Below are positions 1-13,218 of a stretch of 64,000 bases of DNA, piece after piece. Location: the NCBI GenBank assembly GCA_012295275.1, contig CM022665.1:7192001-7256000 (forward strand). Direction: 5' to 3'. The notes under the pieces were generated by a model, which was not told the DNA's origin, made no database searches, and was given only the letters and a program-made list of their open reading frames with translations. The translations under genes and the position numbers were made by a program. Source of the DNA: Chrysomallon squamiferum. Taxonomy: Eukaryota; Animalia; Mollusca. Every line of letters begins with the position of its first letter. Position 1 is the first letter of the stretch.

Positions 1-3000
1 GTAACTTCTATTTTGAAATGAATTTGTGAAATTGGATCAAAGTGGCTTACAGAAATAGCTTGAATACACTTTCACTGTCTCACATTCTATTTGATTGACA
101 ACTCACATATATAAGTAGTCAGTTCTTCCTTAAGAAATGATGTCATAACTATATGATTGTAAATATTTAAAAGTATTTTAGTTCAGTGTATACTAGTCAA
201 AGGTTATTTAACTCTCTTGTCATTCCATATATTCATGATAAATACTCATTAGAAAACAGTTTACAAAATGCAGATCTGGGAAGACATAATTTACTGTTTG
301 AATGATTATTGAAATAAATGTGTTACACAACAAAGGCTCATCAGCCTATCTTGTCAAACTCTTTAACTCCAACAGTAATTTAAAACATGTTACAAGTACA
401 CATATATTAGAACTAGATTGAAGGTACATTTCAACTGAAAATTTGTACCAGGAATAATAATTTAGGATCTGTGTGGAGCTCTTGCATTTAAACACCTACA
501 TTTTTATGTTGGAGGCTTTCACAACAATGTCTTTATTCATTAATATTTTTGTCTGATAATATTCCATATTTCTGTGACATGATTTTAAATATAGAAATTT
601 AGAAAAACAAGTTGTACTTCTTATACATGTTTGCAAATTATTGTCATACTTTATTATCAGCAAGGATTATTTTCTGAAGATCTGGATATGATAAAATGGG
701 AATCAAGTAAAACGAATAATGAAAGATTAATTTTTTTTTTGTGTTGGGAGATGGTGTGTAAATATTCTTTTATTAAATTATTGGCTTCAACAAAAATACA
801 TAGCATTTTTAAGCGAAATTCAAAGACAATATTTAGATATTTATTCAACCACAAATGTGACATTTTTGTTCACCTTTCAAAATCTGTATATATATATATA
901 TATATATATATCATGTATTTCAGACGTGTGAAATGAAATTGTGCTACCTAACGAAAAATGCTACAAACCTTTGTTCCAGCCCTGTATTTATGTTAACTGT
1001 TCCTTTGAATACATTCTGATTAAGTTCTATCACTAGGAAATAATGCAAATGAAATATTGTGTAGACTTCTGTGCAGGAACATGTTTTAATTTTCTAGTTT
1101 CAGTTCGTCAGTTAAGTAATTAAATTTCAATTCTTTAGTTATTTCTTTTATTGCAAAAATCATCCAGACTTAATAAACAAGGGGTGACAAACATCCAAGG
1201 ATCTATAACCAGTGAAGATAGTGTCATCCAGATTATGTTCTGATAGGTACAATATAGATGTTTTGTCATCTTTAATAAATAATCCCAGTCACAGACATTT
1301 TAAATAAAATTTGGAAGTATACAATGTAACTTTAAAGGTACACTTTAATCAGTATTTTGTAATGAGAAAACATACTGCAGGTAAAATAAATGATTTACCC
1401 ACAAAGAACATGGCATGGCGTGAATTATTTGTTTTTTTTTTTTTTTTTTTTTTTTTGTTCCAATTTGCAATACATTATCCTCACTTCCACTTCAATCAAA
1501 CCTAAACATGTCCACTGACATTACCCAAGCTTAGTTTGCTAATTTTAACCACTGCTAAAACACTTGTATGCAGGATTAAGGGTATATTTAATCTTATTAG
1601 AAATAATCCAGGTTCACACTTTGCACATTCTTCACAGGAAGGCTGTGTATGAAAAACAAAACAAATAATGATAACACTAATTATGTTTAACATTTTTATT
1701 TAGCAAAAAATATCAAAAGTGAAATTGTTTTAAAACAGTAACATTAAATATAAAGTTGAACACTCCTAACATTTGATCTTTATTCAAATTCTCTAATCAT
1801 TTCTTACATTAAAACATGTAAAATAATTATTATTAATGTTAACAAATCATTCTTTCCCAACAGTACTAGAACATTAAAAATAAACAATTATAATTTGTGT
1901 TAACACTTCAGTGTTCATAAGCATTAATAGTTATTTAATAGAATATATATAGGTATCAGTCAAAATTGTATTATTACAAAAATAAGTAGACATTATTAAA
2001 ACATGTTTTTATTCAGTTAAATATTTTTTTTAAATTACTGTTTCAGTTAGAATATCTTTTTTATAATTCATTTTATCTTTTTATCTCCATAACCTCATGT
2101 TAGCATCTACACACTTATTAATGAAGAAAATTAAAGACTAATTAACTTCACTCTCACAGCACTAAAATTTCACATAAGTACAAACAATTACATAAATCAT
2201 TTTCAAACAATGAAATGAAAACCTGAATGCCCCAAAAAGACAAAATTATCTTTTTAACATCTGATTAAATGTAACAAGAACACAGTAAAACAAACTATAA
2301 AAAAATATATTTAAAAAACTAAATTATATAAATAAAAACATGAGTATTTTGAATATATATTGTGACTGTAAGAAACACATAAATATTAAATAATTGTTAA
2401 GTACATAATATATAGGTAATAACAAATTATAATTTCAATACTGATAAAGAAAACTATTTTCAGTTCTGTAATTAAGAATTATATGAACATATCAAGGTAT
2501 ACAAAAAGAGAAATCCACAGATTTCTCTATTTTGATAACTGAAGATAATTCCAAAAGGTTTCTTACCATGTATAAAAAAATTGAAATTATATTTTGTTTT
2601 TCCCTGGAGTGTATATAATAAAAATATATTAACTCAATCCGTTTCACTACAGTGCAATACATTAAAATAAATTTTTTGCATAGTAACAGGAATTGCATTA
2701 AACAGAAAATATGAACTATGTCAAAGATAAAAAGTTTTCAAGGAAGAAAGCAAGAGGAATGTTTAAAAGATCTAAACTAACAAAACATCCATTCAAGTGC
2801 CTTGAAAACTACTATAAAAATAGAACAACATAGTTAATATTTCTGCCTTCCAGATAAATATCCAGTATCAGTTGCAACTCGAAATGAATGCAACCTGACC
2901 AAAATGCAAAATTCCTCAAGATGCTAAAGGCATTAACTTTCCACAGGGAATTTGGGCAAATGTAATTTTTCTCATACTTAAGTCTCATACATGATAGGGG

Positions 3001-3358
3001 AGAAATATTTATGTACTAATAAAATGGAATTAAAGGCACATACTTTCTAAATCACAATTAATATGAAAGTTAAAATTTCCAGCATTGAGAAAATAATAAT
3101 GATGAAATCTTATCCTATGTGTATTATGTACATACTGCAAAGTTTAAGACATCTAGGACAGCACATTTTATTTTTATGGAGAAATGCAGTTAACATAATA
3201 TTATAAAATGCCATTTCAAAGACAATGATAAATTCCCTGAATCCATATTTAAAAACTGAGGAAACATTTTAAGCACTTTTAACACTATTGAGTGGTATGT
3301 TCACTATTGTAATTAATAATCTTCAAGCTTGGCTTCTGGTGATCTTCAAAACACAGCT

Positions 3359-6300
3359 TTAAAATATTTTCATGAAAACAGCTGTGACAATTCCACCCAT
3401 GAACATTGAAGGCACCGCAACAAATGACAACAATGAAAGCAGACCCATTCCTGACAAACCATGGCCACTGTAAATAAAACAAAGAAAAATTAATTACAAA
3501 ACTTTTGCTTACAATAAATAAAATACTCTGAAAATAAACAAATTAGATCTCTCTGTTAAAATTAAAATATTTATGTTATGTAATTCTAATCCCCACCCCC
3601 TTCCTTTTAATGTTTAAAATATTTTTTTATGTGACATTTTATTTCTCTTACAAACCCACTATTTTTTATAGGAATAATTCTGCATTGGAACTGTTAAAAT
3701 CTCCTTGTGGAAAAAAAAAAAAAAAAAAAGAGAAAAAGAGAAGCAAAACCTATTTTATAATAAGTGAAACATATACCTTGTGCAGCCTGCAGCCAACCTG
3801 GAACCAAATACCATCAGAAACCCTCCAACAAAGGCAGCACTTGCAGAAACTCCCTCCACCTGACCAATAGTGTCTGATGCTAGTGCAGAAACATATGCAC
3901 CAGCAATAGCCCCTCCAATATAAAACACCTAAATATATAAATAATTTTTTTTTTTGTTACTGATTACAGTTACATACATGGTTATTATTTTTTTTTATTT
4001 TTTAAATTATACCTCTAAACAAAAACATAAAAAAATATATATATATTAATAATAAAAAGAAACTGAAATAATAACAAAAATCACCAGTACCTGCCACCAG
4101 TTTGAAAACCCTGACTGGAACTTGCAAAGATAAGGGGACAGTTTCTTCAGTGGATTTATTACAAGTAGCTGTGACACGATGGTGCAGAAACTGGAAGTGC
4201 TGCCTACAAATACAATATTTATGTAATTTACATTTACCAGTATATTATTAAACATTAATCAGAGGGTTATTTTTAACTGTGAAAAAACATTAATAAAAAC
4301 AAACAATACAAAAAAATGGCAAGAATATGGATGAACCAAATTATTGTTATAATAAGCTTTGTTATGAAATATTTTCAATTTATTATTTTGGCTTCTAACT
4401 AGTAATAAGGAATCGCTGTCTTTTTGTAGTGTAATAATAATAATTTTGCTAGACACAATGGAGACAATAAAATTTTATAAATTATAATTCACTGTTTACT
4501 AACCAAGTGTGTCATCAACTGTCAAGATGATAGGTACTTGAAGAAAACCTATCACAGCTCCAGCTATGTAGGGAGGCCATGCTGTTCTTGTTAAAATTGA
4601 ACCTCCACTTTCAGCTACATTTTTCTAAACCAGATAAAAAACAAAACAGAAATTATAAATTAAAAAAAAAAAAAAGAAGACATTCATGTTTGCTTTTAGT
4701 AAAATAATGCTGACTTATACTTTCAATATGTAAAATAAAAAGTAGAAGATCAATCAATCATTTAAAAAAAAAAAAAAACCTTAAATATTCATATAGACAG
4801 GGATATATCTCACTGCCAAAATAATAAATCCATGCAGTGTAGTTAATTTTTTTTTTTTTTTGTTCCCTACTGGACTGGGTATCAGCAAGCAAACATTTGA
4901 ACTATGGTAGATATAAATGATACCCAGGGCATTGTATAAAACTTCAGTTTCAACTTAATATTCTGTCAGTGCTAATTAGGTTATTATCAGTACAGGGGAA
5001 GTCAAAACTGTGACCACATTAGAATGAGATGAATAGGTGTATTAACTGTGATGTCCAGATGGAGCCACTAATTTATTCTATTTTCAGACTTTTTCTAAAC
5101 TGGCCAACATTTATTTTAGTGTGTGGTGTTACTTACAGCCAGTTCCGATTTCCATGGAGCAAAAAGCTCTAATCCAAATACAATTACTGACAGTGCAGCT
5201 CCAAGTGGAAGAGCAACAATGAAATAGGGTGATGCCAGATACTTGTGAAAACTGAAAAATAAAAGTCATATCTCTGATGCAATGAAGTAACTGGTTCTAC
5301 TCTGAAATTCAGTGATACTTTTTTTTTGATTAATAAAAAAAAAAGTATCACTGTTTTATCATATAAAGGTGATCACACAATGAATGCAACTGATAATTAC
5401 TGTAAAATTATTGAACAGCACCATTAATTTCCTACCAAAAGGTCCAAAAATTGTTGTTTCAAGAAACCGGGACCCATATACTACATGTTGCACAAGGAAT
5501 TTAATAAAATCTGTAACCGTTTAGTATTTGCTTTAAAATATCTTAAAACTTTGCTGCTGCTTATGCTCTGGAAATGCACATTAATTTTCAAATAAAAACG
5601 AATACAGTGTAATGGAAACTTATATCTCACATTAATCACATATTGGTCACTTACAATTGATGTCTTAATGGTTCTTTTGATCTGGTTAGATGAACAACAG
5701 TTGGTTCAACAAGTCCATAGACAAAGGCTGCTGTCAAAGCTCCACTAAATGTGTACACTTGAAAACAATGAATTATATAATATTCTACAATATTACTGTT
5801 CTTAGTTCATAAACTATGTTCTTCTTCTTTATTTAAATAGTATGTAATAACTTTAAATATTAAATAAGTGTTAAATAACAGAAATATCAATTTAAAATTA
5901 AAAATTAAAAATTTAAATTAATATTTATACAAATTACCAAATTTAGGGCTATTCAATACTTCAGTATTTTTACATTTTTCTTATTTTCATCTATTTCTCA
6001 CTAGCTTTTAATAATAAGCATAAGACTTGTCAATAAACTGAAAAGAAAACTGAAGAAATAAATTGTAACTAAATACAATTATTCATACTGAAAGCAATGT
6101 ACACTTACATTTCATAACACTAATATGTGCCAATACTTCTTATGTAATTTTTATACACATGATGGCCAAGTGAACACATTACTAAAACTATATTATTCAA
6201 TGAAGTTTTGTAGATTATGAATCAAGATTAGACTTGCATAATGAATATAGTGCATAAACCACTCATTATAAAAGCTCCCCCAGTCCAAAAATGCACAGGC

Positions 6301-9275
6301 AGACAAAAGCTCCCCCCAAAAAGATAAAAAGCAACTTTGCAAACAACCACTTTACTAAAGCATATAATCTACATATTTATCAGAATCAATTTAACATGTT
6401 TGTTTGACCAACATAATTAATTACTACGAAATAATTCTGATAATAATCACAGTTAAGAAGGCTACAATTTGTAGAGAGAATTTATATCAAAACATGACTT
6501 GAAATGAGATGACATACCTTAGTATACTTTGGGAATTACAATGTTTTGAAAATTGAATTCCAAAATTAATATCAAAACTCCAGATGATGCTGGACATTAA
6601 GACTTCATGACAAAATCATTTTGTATTTTCTAAGATATGCTATTTCACTTGTATGATAGAATATATATTTTTTTAAGCTGGGGTATGTTTGAACTACTCA
6701 GTTTTTATCTATGGGGGCTTTTGTCATAACTTGTATTTCTAATGGGGAGCTTTATTGGATTGTGGGACTTATGTCTGTATCCCTTGCATAATACTTTAAA
6801 ACAAGAAATTAATGCACCCTCAGAACACTGCACAGAATGCCTGTATTAATGTGTAACACTCATACTGATCAGTCTGTGATTTAATTGTGTTGTAGCTATG
6901 AGTCAAACATTTTCATTTATAGAAACCATGTTATGAAATACGACCCTTTTGAAGTGATTAAAATCTTTTCTTGGTGTTGTTACTGATGATAATTAACAGT
7001 AAATCCTAAGTAGGCTTTCCATATGGCTATTCCAATGTCAAAACAAAGGACTGCTAAGAACAAGTTCTCAATACCCTTAACAATTAAGCTGTTTGGGCTA
7101 CAATGACAATGACTATATTCTCATAAACTGTAGGATTACAGTACAAAGAAGAATGTACGACAGACATAAAATAACAAAATCAAAATGCACATGAGTGGAA
7201 GTTTAATATGGAGGACATACTCTCACACATATAATTCTTATTATCAAACGCAACTTTTTAAATATATTTTTACTGTTAAACAAATTATTATATGACATTA
7301 TATTTGGATGTCTTGTGTATTTGTCTGGTATACCTTTTCTCACATTTAATAATATAGGATCATTACATTCAAATACATAATGATATTCATCTCCACTTTT
7401 ATTAAGAATATTAAACCATCGTCCAGTTTCAATAGGAAGTTTAACATTTGAGGTTCTAAATTTACCTGAGACATTAGCATTCTTTTGTGGGAGGACAGTA
7501 AGACAGTTTTCTAATTTCAATTCATGTTTAATTTTTTTTTATAGTTAATACCCTTTGGATAGGTTTCAGTTTCATTTTTCCATATTTTTCATAAAACCAG
7601 GGCTACATTTATTAATACTTAGTAAATACTTTCAGAATTTTATATGCAGTCTTTCTGTAATTGTACATTTGCAAACCCCAAACTTCACAACCATACAATA
7701 AAACTGATTCTATTAGTTTGTCAAATAAATCAAGTATGCAGTCAATGGAGAAATTATGGATGACTTATAGCTATTAGGCTATATATAGCTTCCACTGCTT
7801 TATTACCGTATATACTTTTGTATAAGTCGAATTTTTGGGAGACTATATTAAGGTAATATTTTGGGGGTCGACTTATACATAGGTAATGCTTTTGTAGCTG
7901 TTGCTGAAGAGTTGCCATTTTGACTATTTTTGGCTACGGGATGCATCTAAAATAATCGCGGTCTTTCAGCTTTTCAAAAATATAATTTTATCGTATAAAA
8001 TTTTTTGAAAAATTAAATAACAAAACCAAACCAAATATGAATGTAAAACATGATATTCTTCCGTTTAATGACATAAAAATACATTTTAAAGCGAGAAAAC
8101 CGTCAGTACGGCGTTAAGCCTTACGGCGTCTTGCAATGATCTAGGAATGCAGACTTCTCTGCCAAATTGCACTAAATATCGGTCCTAATTTCATAAACAA
8201 AACTCACTTGTGTAATTGTAAAGAATTTGGTGAAATAATATTGCAATCATGAAATCATAGAACGGCTAAATGTAACGGTAAGTTAGGTCTCCATGTTAGA
8301 CCTTTACATTAAAGAGATACTATTTATGATACATTTAGGCTATAGCTCGTGTAATACATGCATTTACGTTATTATGGTATGTTCGTGCAAGTTATGTTAC
8401 AGTAGGCATACAATGTTGGCCTTCATGGCACTGTCACACTGGTCTAAAAATAGTGACGGTGCCTGGAATCTACAGTCGACTTATACACAAGTAATACCTA
8501 AAATGACGCAATTTTTGGTCTTAAAATACACATCGACTTATACATAAGGTCGCCTTGTACACAAGTATATACGGTATATAGTTTTTTACATTCCAATTGA
8601 ATAGACTGTTTCTTGTAAAGAAAATGCCCAAATATTTATAGTTATCTACTATATCAATAATCTCTCCATCAAATTTAAATATATAATCACGAAGTTTTCT
8701 CCCTTTACTGAAATCATTATTTTAGTTCTATCTGTATTAACTTTAAGTCTCCATAGTTGGCAGTAATTGGCAAATGTGTTAAGATTATGTTGTAGAGCAT
8801 CTGCTGATTCTGCTAACAGTTTTCTATTGTCAGCATACAGTAGAGTAAAAAGTTTTAATTCTTTACTAAACATTATTGTAATTAATTCTACTCCATTTGC
8901 CTTATTGTCTACAAGAAATTCCTCTAAGTCATTTAGGAAAACAGAAGAAAAAAATGATGAAAGGTTTTCTCCTTACCTGACACCGAGTTCACAATTAAAA
9001 CCATCAGATAACAAACCCGTCACTGTAATTCTTGCCTTAGTGTCTTTATACAGTTAGTCAGAGGAACCTTGTGTTAATTGGCTATTTAATTCTTATTCTT
9101 AGCAATCTGCATACCTATTCATGCACCTTTCTTTTCAAAACTAATTTATGAATAAGACAATTTTTGCATTTAACTACAGATCTAACTTAGAAGGAATTAC
9201 AAAATTTAACTGATCCATGCATTTCGACTATGTACAAAATACCAGACTGGTAAGCAAGTAACCACAAAAGCTAAC

Positions 9276-9327
<52 letters not shown>

Positions 9328-12300
9328 ACAAATATATTTTATTAATTCATCTTTGTAGTAAATTGAATGTCATGATATTATTTTATTTTTAGTTCATGAT
9401 AACTGCACGTGCACAGCAGCCATAACCCATTAAACCTACAAGTACACACCTCGAACAAATTTTTTTTTCTCACATGATTATTAATTGTTTTGTAATTTAT
9501 CATCTAGATTGCAAATTTATTTTTGTATATCCGTTATTTTTATTTGATTTCAAAATTTGATTATGATGACTTTAAAAATTTAAAAACAAAACACTGTTGG
9601 TGTATCTTACATGCATTAGGAACCTTTGCACCAACTTGCACAAGAACCATCCCAGGACACTAGTTTAAAAAGAAAATACACAATGACATGCTATATATTA
9701 ACCAATAAACCAATATGAAGCCACAAATATTATAATTATAACCATATACCAAAAGATTATAAATGTTTTCACATCATATGATTAGTTTTTGTCACCTAAT
9801 TATGTTTATTTTTTTATTATTATTATTTATTTTTTGAATGTATGAGCAAAATAAATGTTCACAGTTGATAAAATTACAAGAAGAAATAAAGAAATTAATT
9901 TCAAAATTGGCACCAAATTACATTTAGAATAAAAACTTATAAATTTATTATTACAAACATTGTATTATGATGATTCGTGGGTCAGCTCACTGAAGACACT
10001 TACAACATATAAAAAGTAATTAGTAAACTATTTAAATATATATAAAAATAGAAATGACAGTTAGTTAAATTTGGCTTACACTGCCACTTATGCTCATTCC
10101 AGTTCCTAGCAAGGCTGCACCTAAACCAACACTCAAAACACCTTTGTCTGTAAAACAAGCAGCAAAGTTCTGACTTGTCTTCTCAAAAGTCTTCTTGGTA
10201 GCTGGAATCATTGACAGCAGTGACATACTAAATATGCCTGTAATACATAAATAAAATTGGCTGTTACAAAAAGTGATATCAGAATAGCATGTAATGCATA
10301 CTGATATGCAGTTGCATGTGACATTAGGCAATATGATAAACACAGCTTTTAATTCTATTTGAAAAAAAACCCACAAACATGAATTCAGAAGCAATATTTT
10401 ATCAAATGTAACTCTGCAATATTCCTATTAATGGTATATTCAGAATTGCGTGTGTATTATTTGTCTAACAAGTATTAAAACTGATGTCATCTTGTGCAAC
10501 TACACAAACATTCAGATAGTTAATAGATCTGTATTCTGTGTGGGGTTGAATAATAAAATAAAATTTGGGCTTGTTGTTTGGCAATGTCAACATATTTGTA
10601 TTTTACTTTTTGAGTTTTCTTTTCCATTTGATTGCTGTTTTGTTTAAAAAAGGTAAAATTATATTTGAAAAGCCTTCCAAGTTCAATCCGGAAAGAAATT
10701 ATGGCATTTTTACAAATGCCAATTGTGCTATTTTTGACAGATGTTCCCAACTTGATGATATATATGTTGGAAACTGACTGATGGGCATAACATTCTGACC
10801 GGATTATTCTTTCATTAACTGAAATCTAAGGAGGGTTGGTGTTTGATGTGATCACAGAATTACCTGGAAGTGAAAATGTACTAACCTGAACTAACAGCAG
10901 AAAGAAACATTTTAACCATCAGAAATCTGTCCATTGTCATCTGCTCTTGAATAGCAAGTGGTTCAAACACTAAAAGTCAAAAAAACCCAGACAAGACAAA
11001 TAAAATAATGAAAATTGTAAATTTTTATTTAATTCAAAATATATATATAATAAAAAAAATATATATAAAAAAAAAATCAAAACAACAACATCAAAACAAT
11101 AGTAATGATATAAATTTATTTCAACCATAATTATTAATTTGTTTTGTACTGGCTGATGAATGCCAAACTTCAAAAGTTGCTATGTGTTTTCTTTCCAAGT
11201 ATGTATCTTCCCTTAGAAGTGAAATTACAAGCTTATCACAGATTTTGATAAACACATGTTAAAGTCATTATATGAATGGGAAAAAGCCCTATTCATACTT
11301 GCTTGGATTGGTCGTAAAATTTCATATCTGGGCAAAACGATCTGGTAAATATTCAACACTTGATATAATCTTAGGAGAAGTACATTTCTGACAGTTACTA
11401 GTTAACTGCATTCATTAACATTTCTTACTTATCCTTCACTGATATGTGTAAATGACTGAACCACTCTGTGATCATGTGAGATTACACCAAGACATAGGTC
11501 ATTTGAGAAAAAAAAAAAAAAAAAAAGAATATGCTGTCTGGTGTCTTTCTATAATAACAACAATGTAGTGTACGATAACTATTCATTATTTATATTCAAA
11601 TATTTTTATACAAGTGAATTTAAAAAAACTTGGGAAAAAGTAAATGAGAAAAATTACAACAATCTAAATCTTATTACATTCAGGTTCATCTTGACAAACC
11701 AGTTCAACTACTAGAAGTTAGAACCTCTGCTGGCCTGTATAATGTTTGTTTTTTTGGTTGTTTTTTAATAGATGTATTATAACAACAGTGATTTCACAAG
11801 TCAAAAATGATTTTTGGTATTTTATATTAACGACCATAATATGCTAAATTCCCAAGAATTTTTTTTAATTTATAACCATGTTTTAAAGATTACTTGTTAG
11901 TTGTAAATAGGAATGTGATAAAAACTGACTGTGCAACACTGAAAGGTTGCCTCTTCTTTGTTATATATAATCTTTTGTTGAAGGGTGTTTTCTCATTCAA
12001 GCTTCTGATTTGTTATTTCAAAAATATTTAGCAAAATAACTAATGCCACGATATAACATACAAATTCAGCATTAACCTCTTATTCACTTTTTGAGTGTTC
12101 ATAAAACTATGGAGAGTTAGCAAAGAAATTTACATTTCCAAAACAGTCATCACACTGATAAAGCATGTAATATATGCTGATTATGCCTTACTGTCTTAGC
12201 CTGCCAAATTTCATTCAAATTTCATAAAAATGTATGTGGCAGCAAGTACTTAATTTGGAGTTGCAAGATGCATGGTCTTTCTCATCCAATGATGCAATCA

Positions 12301-13218
12301 CAAAAATCACTATGGCTGCTAAAATCTGAGACACTAAACATGTATATGTTTTTTTTTTTGTAACTAAGTAATTATGTGGCATAACTGTCGAGCATGGTGC
12401 AAAAGTGATTATTTTGTTTCTGATGAAGTTCTTACAAGTTAATGCCCAAACTTAGAGGCTTGTTTAGTGATTGGGAACTGTGATCATGTGATCTCGTACT
12501 GATAACTGGATTGGATGAATGTTTCATATTTGTGCTATGTAGCCCAATGAATTAATTAAATTTCAACAGTGTTACAATGTTTTAAAATACTGTATCATTG
12601 TATGGCTCTAGAACTCATCAAAAGCTTCATTTTGATATATAATTTACATATATGATACAAGATATTCAGTATATATGTTGCTAAATGTCTGAAACCTATC
12701 AATTTCTCCATAGAGTGAAGGCAAACACAAGGCAAATTTTATTAAAATAACAATTCATAATTTTTTTCATATCAAACCCATCAAAAAGATGCTGGTGTCA
12801 GTTTATTCTGCTTGTTGTATTTTATTTTATTATATATATATATATATTAGCATTTAGTTATGCATATTTCTAAAAGAAAATGATTTTTTTGAAACTTTTT
12901 GTTATTCTATAATATAACTACATCATAATTCATATACTCGTAATTAGATAATACTGTAGATGAAGTCTGGGTACTTTGGCTTACTAAGTAATATTAAAAT
13001 AAATTTATTATTTTGTTTGTTTGTTTGTTTGTTATACCTCTCCCTTTTTCTGTAGCTATTCCAAATAACAATCCTGCTGTGCTACACGCAGTCACTTTCA
13101 TAACCATTTTCATAAATGAACTCTTTTTTTCGGATCCAGTCACGGAATCAAACGCTTCGTGCATTTTTTCTTCGGATTCCGCGACCCTTTTTCTGATTGT
13201 TGATACTGTATCTTCCAT
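3359..13218 (-). CDS. YeeE/YedE family (TsuA/PmpAB-like) sulfur-compound/thiosulfate transporter, 10 coding exons, about 394 aa
   Basis: Exons in transcript order: 13218-13038, 10969-10886, 10237-10080, 9659-9611, 5757-5655, 5251-5137, 4624-4504, 4203-4091, 3928-3777, 3467-3359. All introns GT-AG, phases match, 1185 nt open to TAA. Motifs GLLFGIATEKGRVFEP, KMFLSA, LLGTGMSISGSCPGMVLVQVG, WPPYIAGAVIGFLQVP and GGFLMVFGSRLAAGCTSGHGLSG are typical of Sulf_transp (YeeE/YedE) repeats. Confidence 0.9.
5310..5353. repeat. Short inverted repeat (hairpin)
   Basis: CAGTGATAC-T(n)-GATTAAT-A(n)-GTATCACTG. Confidence 0.85.
6243..6782. mobile_element. Putative Mutator-like MITE
   Basis: Direct repeat CTTGCATAAT at 6233-6242 and 6783-6792. 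Imperfect inverted termini with AAAGCTCCCC / GGGGAGCTTT and GACAAAAGCTCCCC / GGGGGCTTTTGTC. Confidence 0.5.
7100..9057 (-). mobile_element. Decayed, 5'-truncated LINE ORF2 fragment (RT domain plus C-terminus) in intron 4 of the YeeE/YedE gene
   Basis: Minus-strand translations: GVR*GENLSSFFSSVFLNDLEEFL, LFTLLYADN (YADD motif), WRLKVNTDRTKIM, LDLFDKLIESVLLYGCEVWGF, KFRTSNVKLPIETGRW...GDEYHYVFEC. Contains stops and frameshifts. Ends are approximate. Confidence 0.85.
7806..8574. mobile_element. Non-autonomous Tc1/mariner-pogo-type DNA transposon (MITE), 769 bp, inserted into the LINE
   Basis: TIRs CCGTATATACTTTTGTATAAGTCGA and (reverse complement) CCGTATATACTTGTGTACAAGGCGA; TA at 7804-7805 and 8575-8576; subterminal TCGACTTATAC copies; LINE coding remnants continue on both sides. 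Confidence 0.88.

Noticed and set aside
910-936. Possible terminal exon (TTTCAG|ACGTGTGAAATGA) of an upstream plus-strand gene
   Set aside because: Too short to support without upstream sequence.
8293-8547. 84-aa ORF inside the MITE
   Set aside because: No recognisable transposase motif.
10660-12720. Possible decayed DNA transposon pieces in transporter introns (TGTGATCATGTGA occurs twice)
   Set aside because: Could not define TIRs or TSDs.
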